From positions 1-40,109 of the forward strand of contig JBBTQX010000007.1 in the NCBI GenBank assembly GCA_038065455.1: a DNA stretch of 40,109 nt, given 5' to 3'. The notes under the pieces were generated by a model, which saw nothing but the letters and a program-made list of their open reading frames with translations, searched no databases and had not been told where the DNA came from. This DNA is from Patescibacteria group bacterium. Its GTDB lineage: Bacteria; Patescibacteriota; Minisyncoccia; UBA6257; GWB1-50-10. Positions 33,850 to 40,109 of this stretch are shown piece by piece; position 1 is the first letter of the stretch, and each line of letters begins with the position of its first letter. Both the position numbers and the translations under genes were made by a program.

Positions 33850-35115
33850 TTAATATCTCCTCTTCGTTCTGAATTTAGTGAAATTCCTGGGAGCGCTCTT
33901 CCTTCTGAATTGTCTTTCCTGCGGCGGCCGCTCGGATTTAAAATATTCGTCCTGCGAAAGCTGGCTCGGCAATTCGGGCGGGAGTTTCGAAACCGGCAGA
34001 ACGATTTTCATCAGCCGCTCGATGGCGCGGATTTCCTGCCATTGGTTCGGCATCGCGAAGGATATCGCGCGGCCTGCCATTCCGGCCCGGCCGGTGCGGC
34101 CGATGCGATGGACATAATCTTCGGCTTGGTTCGGCAAATCGTAGTTGATGACGACTTCTATCCCCTGTACATCAATGCCGCGCGCGGCGATATCCGTCGC
34201 AACCAAAACCCGATAGACGCCGCTCTTGAAGCCGTCCAAAGCCTGCTTGCGCTGAGCCAATGTCCTATCCGAATGGATTTCGGCGGATCTCTGGCCGATG
34301 TCGCGGATAAAACGATTTATTTTTCTGGCGCCGTGCTTGGTGCGCGTGAATACCAATACCGGTCCGCGGTAATCTTTCAAAATCTTTTCGAGCAGGCGTC
34401 CCTTCAGGGCCGGCTGGACGAAAAATACTTCCTGGACGATATCTTTGGCCGCGGTGCCCGAGGGCGCGATCTCAAGGCGAATGGGCAACTTCATGAAATT
34501 CGCCGCAATACGCGCGATTTCATCCGGCATCGTCGCCGAAAAAAGCATCGTCTGTCTTTCCTTCGGCACGGCGAAAAGTATCTTTTTGAGTTGGGGCGCA
34601 AAACCCATATCCAACATCCGGTCGGCTTCGTCCAAAATGAGGATTTTCACCTTATCGAGCTTCAATCGGCTGTTTTCGATATGGTCGATTATCCGGCCGG
34701 GCGTCGCGATGATGATATGCGGATTCCTTTCTAAAGCTTTTCTCTGAATGAACATCGAAGCGCCGCCGATTACGACCGCCATCTTGAGCCCGAGCTTGCC
34801 GCCCAGTTTGCCGAGCATCTCCTCCACCTGCATCGCGAGCTCCCGCGTCGGAAGAACCACGAGTCCCTGGCCTGCCTGCGCAGGCAGGCCGCTTTGCATC
34901 TGCATCAGGCGCTGAATCATCGGCACGCCGAAAGCCAGGGTCTTGCCCGTGCCCGTCTGGGCTATACCGATAAGATCATTGCCTTCAAGGGCCACCGGGA
35001 TGGATTTGAGCTGAATCGGCGTCGGAATCTTGAAATGAAGGTTTTGAATGGCCTCAAAAAGGGCCGGCGCAATGCCTAACCCGGAGAATCCGGAGAGAAT
35101 GTCCTTGTCTTCCAT
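33850..35115 (-). CDS. DEAD-box RNA helicase (RhlE-like)
   Basis: PTPIQ, AQTGTGKT, PTRELA, DEAD, SAT, HRIGRTGR; start at MEDKDI. Confidence 0.95.
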   Translation of the reverse strand: MEDKDILSGFSGLGIAPALFEAIQNLHFKIPTPIQLKSIPVALEGNDLIGIAQTGTGKTLAFGVPMIQRLMQMQSGLPAQAGQGLVVLPTRELAMQVEEMLGKLGGKLGLKMAVVIGGASMFIQRKALERNPHIIIATPGRIIDHIENSRLKLDKVKILILDEADRMLDMGFAPQLKKILFAVPKERQTMLFSATMPDEIARIAANFMKLPIRLEIAPSGTAAKDIVQEVFFVQPALKGRLLEKILKDYRGPVLVFTRTKHGARKINRFIRDIGQRSAEIHSDRTLAQRKQALDGFKSGVYRVLVATDIAARGIDVQGIEVVINYDLPNQAEDYVHRIGRTGRAGMAGRAISFAMPNQWQEIRAIERLMKIVLPVSKLPPELPSQLSQDEYFKSERPPQERQFRRKSAPRNFTKFRTKRRY

Positions 35116-35245
35116 TTGCGTCAGTTTATCAGATATACAGGAAATAAGCGAATTTTCGGCTCCGTTTGTCTGGACTTGGATAAAAAATAATGTTAGATTG
35201 GGGTCAGTTAATTTACCATTTATCCGCATCACGAAAGGATTGAAA

Positions 35246-35695
35246 ATGAAAAAATCCGAAAAGAAAGTGGTTAATCCGAAATTCGCCCAAACCGAAAAAT
35301 ACCGCAAAATTCTTTCCGCCATAGAATCCGAGAACAAATGCCCTTTCTGCCCGAGCAACTTCAAGTGGCATAAAAACCCGATTTTAAAAAGATTGGGTGA
35401 TTGGTTCATTACGGAAAATAGCTGGTCATACAAAGAGGCTCGACATCGTTTTATCGTGATTTGCGAAAAGCACAAGGAAAAACTTTCCGAATTGAGCGCG
35501 AAGGATTTGGAAACGGTTTTAAAGCTGGCAAAATGGGCTACGGAAAAATATAAGATTTCCGGCGGCGCTCTCGCGATGCGCTTCGGAGACACTCGTTTTA
35601 CCGGCGCAACGGTCTGCCATCTTCATTTTCATTTAATTTCGCCGAAATTGAATAAAAGAGGGACCGCAAAGGCAGTGTACTTCCCAATCGGATAA
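35246..35695 (+). CDS. HIT family nucleotide hydrolase
   Basis: CPFC and HLHFHL histidine triad; start at MKKSEK. Confidence 0.88.
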   Translation: MKKSEKKVVNPKFAQTEKYRKILSAIESENKCPFCPSNFKWHKNPILKRLGDWFITENSWSYKEARHRFIVICEKHKEKLSELSAKDLETVLKLAKWATEKYKISGGALAMRFGDTRFTGATVCHLHFHLISPKLNKRGTAKAVYFPIG

Positions 35696-35700
35696 GCCAA

Positions 35701-35743
35701 AAAAATAAACAGCCTGTTGATATAACAGACTGTTTTTATTTTT
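35701..35743. terminator. Probable bidirectional terminator between HIT gene and thyA
   Basis: AAACAGCCTGTT-GATAT-AACAGACTGTTT flanked by A and T runs. Confidence 0.6.
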
Positions 35744-35752
35744 ACCCTAAAA

Positions 35753-36571
35753 TCATAAACCTACCGGCGCGGGAATGAACGGATACGGGTCGTATCCATC
35801 CAAATAAAAATCATCGAAGGAGAATTTGAATATATCCTTCACTTCGGAATTTAAAATTACACGAGGCAGATTTTTCGGCGTGCGGCTAAGCTGGAGCTTT
35901 ACCTGTTCGAAATGGTGCAGATATATATGCGTGTCCAGCAATATATGCACGAATTCGCCCGGTTTCAAGCCCGTTACTTGAGCCAACATAAGGAGAAGCA
36001 GCGAATAAGAGGCAGTATTGAACGGAACGCCGATAAAAACATCTGCGCTCCTTTGAATCATGGCAAGCGAAAGTTCTCCGTCCGCCACGAAACATTTGAA
36101 TATTCCGTGGCAGGGCGCTACGGGAACATTCAAATCCTCGGGATTCCAAGAAGTCACCATATGCCGCCGGGAATCGGGGTTGGATTTCAAATCCTTCACC
36201 AATTCCGCGATTTGATTGATTTCTCCCCCGTTTCTCTTTTTCCAATGAATCCATTGGGCCGGATATATCCTTCCCACATCTCCTTCTTCAAGACCATACT
36301 GTTCGGTCACTTCTTTGGCCGCCCATTGGTTCCAGATGGGGATTTTGTTTTCTTTGAGGAAATCAATACGGGTATCTCCCCTCAAAAACCAAAGTAATTC
36401 GCCTATCACGTAACGCAAATTGATCTTTTTCGTGGTAAGCAGGGGAAATTCTTCCGCCGGCCGAAAACGCATCATATGCGCGAATACGGCGACATTGCCC
36501 ACTCCTTGGGGATCGGACTTCTTTTTCCCGTATTTCATGACATATTCCAAAAGCTCCTGATATTGTTTCAT
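35753..36571 (-). CDS. thyA: Thymidylate synthase
   Basis: FPLLTTKK, ELLWFL, PDSRR, APCH, QRSAD..GVPFN, HIY..H. Confidence 0.95.
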   Translation of the reverse strand: MKQYQELLEYVMKYGKKKSDPQGVGNVAVFAHMMRFRPAEEFPLLTTKKINLRYVIGELLWFLRGDTRIDFLKENKIPIWNQWAAKEVTEQYGLEEGDVGRIYPAQWIHWKKRNGGEINQIAELVKDLKSNPDSRRHMVTSWNPEDLNVPVAPCHGIFKCFVADGELSLAMIQRSADVFIGVPFNTASYSLLLLMLAQVTGLKPGEFVHILLDTHIYLHHFEQVKLQLSRTPKNLPRVILNSEVKDIFKFSFDDFYLDGYDPYPFIPAPVGL

Positions 36572-36696
36572 ATCCTTGCTCCTTCATATAAATGTTTTTG
36601 ATTTTTAAAATAAAACTGACTAGAACATATCACTAAAACTGGTTATCTGTCAATATAAAAAACCCCGGACAAATTTATTTGCCGGGGCTTGAAACA

Positions 36697-37536
36697 TTAG
36701 CTTTTTACTAGAATTATCTCCACTCCCGCCGCTTTGAGAATTTCTTCTCCGTTCAGCGAAGCATGGCCGGATCCGAAAAAACACCTTTTAAATCCGGCGT
36801 TAGCGATGAGCTTCGCGCAAACAGGGCAAGGAAAAACGGTTACATATATATCCGCTCCTTCCAAAGATATGCCCTTCTTCGCGGCTTCGGCTATAATTGC
36901 CTGTTCCGCGTGGATTGCGGATGAAAGATCGCTTCTTTTCCCCGCTGAAATAAAATCGCGCGGATCGCCGAAAACGTAGGGCGTGTGTTCGGAAGGCAAA
37001 TGACGGTTATATTCCTTAATCGGGATATTCCCGTCTTTTACCGCCACTGCGCCGACATGCCGCCACCAATCGGAGCTTTTCCCGGCTTCTTTGCAGGCGG
37101 CATCCATTATGGTCCGGTAAAAAAAACCGCTCTCCTCTCGATTATAATCAACCGGTTTTTTCGATAAAACGTTTTTTTCATCCCATCTGAGAAAGATCGG
37201 AAGAAAAATAACACTATTCGGAATAAGATATTTATCCGCGAAACGCCGACAGATTTCTTCTTCGACGGTTATGAAAGAAATCCGGCCCTCTACGCGCAGT
37301 TCTTGAGCAACCTTTTCGTCGAGAATTTCCACTTTTTTGAATAATCCGAGCGAAACAATCATATTACCTATGACTCGCGGATCGATGGCTCGAATCTCTT
37401 CTTCCAAAAAAGTGAATTCTTTTACCAAATCATCCCCTAAAATATAGAGACAATCGACGACACTGGCGTATTTCGAGAAAAGTTTCAGATACCCGTTATG
37501 TAAAACGGGCACATAAAGAATCATGACTGTTCTCAT
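36697..37536 (-). CDS. dCMP-deaminase-like protein with extra N-terminal domain
   Basis: HAE...PCPVCAK zinc motif, VGAV; ~130-aa N-terminal extension starting YVPVLHNGY; start at MRTVMI. Confidence 0.85.
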   Translation of the reverse strand: MRTVMILYVPVLHNGYLKLFSKYASVVDCLYILGDDLVKEFTFLEEEIRAIDPRVIGNMIVSLGLFKKVEILDEKVAQELRVEGRISFITVEEEICRRFADKYLIPNSVIFLPIFLRWDEKNVLSKKPVDYNREESGFFYRTIMDAACKEAGKSSDWWRHVGAVAVKDGNIPIKEYNRHLPSEHTPYVFGDPRDFISAGKRSDLSSAIHAEQAIIAEAAKKGISLEGADIYVTVFPCPVCAKLIANAGFKRCFFGSGHASLNGEEILKAAGVEIILVKS

Positions 37537-38087
37537 AATTCCTCCGCTATATTGTGAATTTTGGCCAGATACTTCTTTATCGTATTCTGGATAAAATTCG
37601 AAGTGGAAGTTTCCTCCGCTTGGCGCGGAAGCACAACCACATCTCCGCAATATTTCCTTATTTCCTCTATCTGTTCGGGAGGATAACTGTCCTCCACTGC
37701 GACGAAAATATCCGGCTTGATAGCGTCAATGAGCCTGTACTGCCATTTGCCTTTTTCGTCGATGTCATCGATGATCGTCACAAAATCGACCGGCGATTGA
37801 TAAGTCAGCATTTCACAACGCTCGTTTTCCGGCACCACCGGGCGAAAATCGCCTTTATATGACTTTATGCCGCGATCCGAATCCACTCCGACGACCAATA
37901 TGTCGCCGTGTTCTTTCGCTTTCATCAGATAGCGGAGATGCCCGATATGGAGCATGTCCCAAGACCCGATTGTTACCACGATTTTGCGGCCGACTGCCTG
38001 AAGGCCTTTCGTGGCCAACACTAGGTTTTCGTAATCCTTAACTATTTTCAAGTCGGAATTACTGCCATTGCCATTCAGAATACCCAT
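37533..38087 (-). CDS. Cytidylyltransferase-family nucleotidyltransferase (RfaE domain II/TagD-like)
   Basis: GSWDMLHIGH, LVVGVDSD, RP...ER, TSTS. Confidence 0.88.
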   Translation of the reverse strand: MGILNGNGSNSDLKIVKDYENLVLATKGLQAVGRKIVVTIGSWDMLHIGHLRYLMKAKEHGDILVVGVDSDRGIKSYKGDFRPVVPENERCEMLTYQSPVDFVTIIDDIDEKGKWQYRLIDAIKPDIFVAVEDSYPPEQIEEIRKYCGDVVVLPRQAEETSTSNFIQNTIKKYLAKIHNIAEEL

Positions 38088-38192
38088 AAATCCTCCTTTG
38101 GAAATGAGTTGTTTTTGTTTGCTGTTATTTATGTGAATTAACTGTCCTTACACTAAACAAAAATGGATGATTATGTCAATCACCAGCTCTTC

Positions 38193-40001
38193 TTATTCCG
38201 TTTTATTCTTCTGTCTTTTTCTTTCGTTCTCCGTCAGATATTTCTTGCGGATGCGGATATTCTTCGGCGTGATTTCCACAAGTTCGTCGTCGCCGATGTA
38301 GTTCAAAGCGTCCTCCAGGCTCAAAGTGACCGGCACCTCTATCTGATCCGCCAAACCTTCGTTCTTGGCGCGGAAGTTCGTGAGCTGGCGCGTGCGGCAG
38401 ACGTGCACGCCGATATCGTCGGCCTTGGCATTCTGGCCCACCACCATCCCCGCATAGACTTCAACAGCCGGACCGAGGAAAAGCTTTCCCCGTTCCTGGG
38501 CAGTCGCAAGGCCGTAATTGTTCGTGAGACCCGCTTCGGTCGCGACGATGGAGCCGTGGGGCTCGTTCCGCAAATCGCCTTTGTATTCTTCGTAGCCCAG
38601 AAAGATACTGTTCATTATGCCCGTGCCTTTGGTGCTCGTGAGAAATTCATTCCGGATGCCGATAAGACCGCGGGTCGGAATCGCGAAATCCACGAAGACG
38701 GTGCCGCTATCCACCCGCATATCTTTCATAATGCCCAAGCGTTTGCCCAGAAGCTCTATCACGATGCCGGAAAAATTCTCCGGCGCTTCAACCGAAACCA
38801 ATTCTATCGGCTCCATTTTCTTTCCTTTTTCCTCCTTGAAAATAACCTGTGGCTTGGAAACTTCCAATTCGAATCCTTCCCGGCGCATCTTTTCTATCAA
38901 GATGGAAAGATGGAGTTCGCCGCGTCCGGCCACCGTCCAGCGGTCGGTACTGTCCTGGGCGACGGAAAGAGCCACGTCGGTCTCAAGCTCGTGTTCCAGA
39001 CGTTCTTTGATATTCCGCGAGGTGGTGTATTCTCCTTCCTTACCCGTAAAGGGCGAAGTATTCACGCCGAAAGTCATTTTGATAGTCGGCTCGTCTATTT
39101 GGATAACCGGAAGAGCGATGGGATGCTCCGGGTCCGTAATCGTTTCGCCGATTGAAATGTCCGAAATACCCGCAATGCCGACAATGTCGCCGGCAAAAGC
39201 CTCCAAGGCGTCCACCCGAGTCAGCCCCTCGAAAAGGACTACCGAGCTTATCTGTCCTTTTTTGACTTCGCCCGCGCGATTGATATGGGCAACCATCATG
39301 CCTTTTTTAAGAACGCCCGAATAGAGCCGGCTGATAGCGATTTTGCCTTTATAGTTGTCGTAGACGAGATTTACGGTAAGCATCTGGAGAGGCTTCGAGA
39401 CGTCCGCGACAGGCGCTGGAATATATGAGATGACTTTTTCAAAAAGCGGCGTGACGCCTTCCATCTCTTCCAGATTCGGCTTCAGGCCGGCCTTGCCCTG
39501 GATGGCCGAAGCGTAGATGACCGGAAATTCCATCTGAACATCGCTCGCTCCCAGCTCGATGAAAAGTTCGTAAGTGGCGTTCAAAACCCATTCCGGCCGG
39601 GCATTCGGCTTGTCGATTTTATTAATAACCACGATTATCTTGTGGCCGGCTTGAATAGCCTTCCGAAGCACGAACTTCGTCTGGGGCATCGGCCCTTCTT
39701 TCGCGTCCACCAAGAGAAGTACACCATCCACCATCCGCATAATGCGCTCCACTTCCCCGCCGAAATCAGCGTGACCGGGCGTGTCCACGATATTGATTTT
39801 GAAATCTCGGTAATGAATGGAGGCATTCTTGGAAAAAATGGTAATGCCGCGCTCCCGCTCCAATTCATTGGAATCCATTATAAGCTCGTCCGAAGCTCCG
39901 CTCTTGAGCTTGAAGTTTTCGGATTGCTTAAGCAAAGAATCCACGAGAGTGGTCTTCCCGTGGTCGACGTGCGCGATAATGGCGATGTTTCTGATTTCCA
40001 T
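38193..40001 (-). CDS. typA: Translational GTPase TypA/BipA
   Basis: IRNIAIIAHVDHGKTT, DTPGHADFGGEVER, GRGELHL, DDELVEITP..IRIRK. Confidence 0.97.
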   Translation of the reverse strand: MEIRNIAIIAHVDHGKTTLVDSLLKQSENFKLKSGASDELIMDSNELERERGITIFSKNASIHYRDFKINIVDTPGHADFGGEVERIMRMVDGVLLLVDAKEGPMPQTKFVLRKAIQAGHKIIVVINKIDKPNARPEWVLNATYELFIELGASDVQMEFPVIYASAIQGKAGLKPNLEEMEGVTPLFEKVISYIPAPVADVSKPLQMLTVNLVYDNYKGKIAISRLYSGVLKKGMMVAHINRAGEVKKGQISSVVLFEGLTRVDALEAFAGDIVGIAGISDISIGETITDPEHPIALPVIQIDEPTIKMTFGVNTSPFTGKEGEYTTSRNIKERLEHELETDVALSVAQDSTDRWTVAGRGELHLSILIEKMRREGFELEVSKPQVIFKEEKGKKMEPIELVSVEAPENFSGIVIELLGKRLGIMKDMRVDSGTVFVDFAIPTRGLIGIRNEFLTSTKGTGIMNSIFLGYEEYKGDLRNEPHGSIVATEAGLTNNYGLATAQERGKLFLGPAVEVYAGMVVGQNAKADDIGVHVCRTRQLTNFRAKNEGLADQIEVPVTLSLEDALNYIGDDELVEITPKNIRIRKKYLTENERKRQKNKTE

Positions 40002-40109
40002 AATTTTACTGAATGAATCTCCATTGAAACATTAAAAAAGTTGATAGTCAACCGGGTAGTAGAAACTCGATTAATTTTTCAGCCGCGCTGCAATCGAGTT
40101 TTCACTACC

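Noticed and set aside
29530-39324. Long antisense ORFs (29530-30570, 33697-34734, 38163-39155, 38617-39324; also 12420-13385)
   Set aside because: Shadow frames opposite well-supported genes, with no recognisable motifs.
1-40109. Additional VR copies or a prophage
   Set aside because: No second TR match noticed by eye and no capsid, terminase or integrase genes; remote targets outside the window cannot be excluded.

Overview
A 40-kb chromosomal segment that looks like a Patescibacteria (CPR, probably Parcubacteria) genome. This is inferred from gene content, a short DnaX, near-leaderless genes and CPR-style short repeats. Most of it is housekeeping: def/fmt, ctpA, rplI, rpmA, a scattered dcw set (murC, murG, ftsW, mraY, S11 PBP), gltX, scpAB, ychF, mpg, dnaX, M29 aminopeptidase, DEAD-box helicase, thyA, typA and two tRNA-Gln genes. 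The main accessory feature is a complete diversity-generating retroelement (DGR) at about 28858-32760. It comprises a 642-aa target gene with a C-terminal variable repeat (VR 30635-30766), a template repeat (TR 31096-31227), an Avd-like gene and a YADD reverse transcriptase. TR and VR align over 132 bp with 13 mismatches, 11 of them at TR adenines. The architecture is unusual: avd is antisense between TR and RT and overlaps the RT 5' end across a shared (GA)n tract, TR appears to have its own promoter, structured leader and terminator, and the RT frame runs into the antisense of tRNA-Gln. Other points of interest are nested direct-repeat-bounded gene cassettes left of the DGR, a membrane-anchored Schlafen/AlbA_2 fusion right of it, in-frame palindrome and heptamer insertions in core genes, a degenerate amidohydrolase in the murD slot, and an unannotated ATA-start gene. 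All family assignments come from motif recognition by eye, with no database searches.
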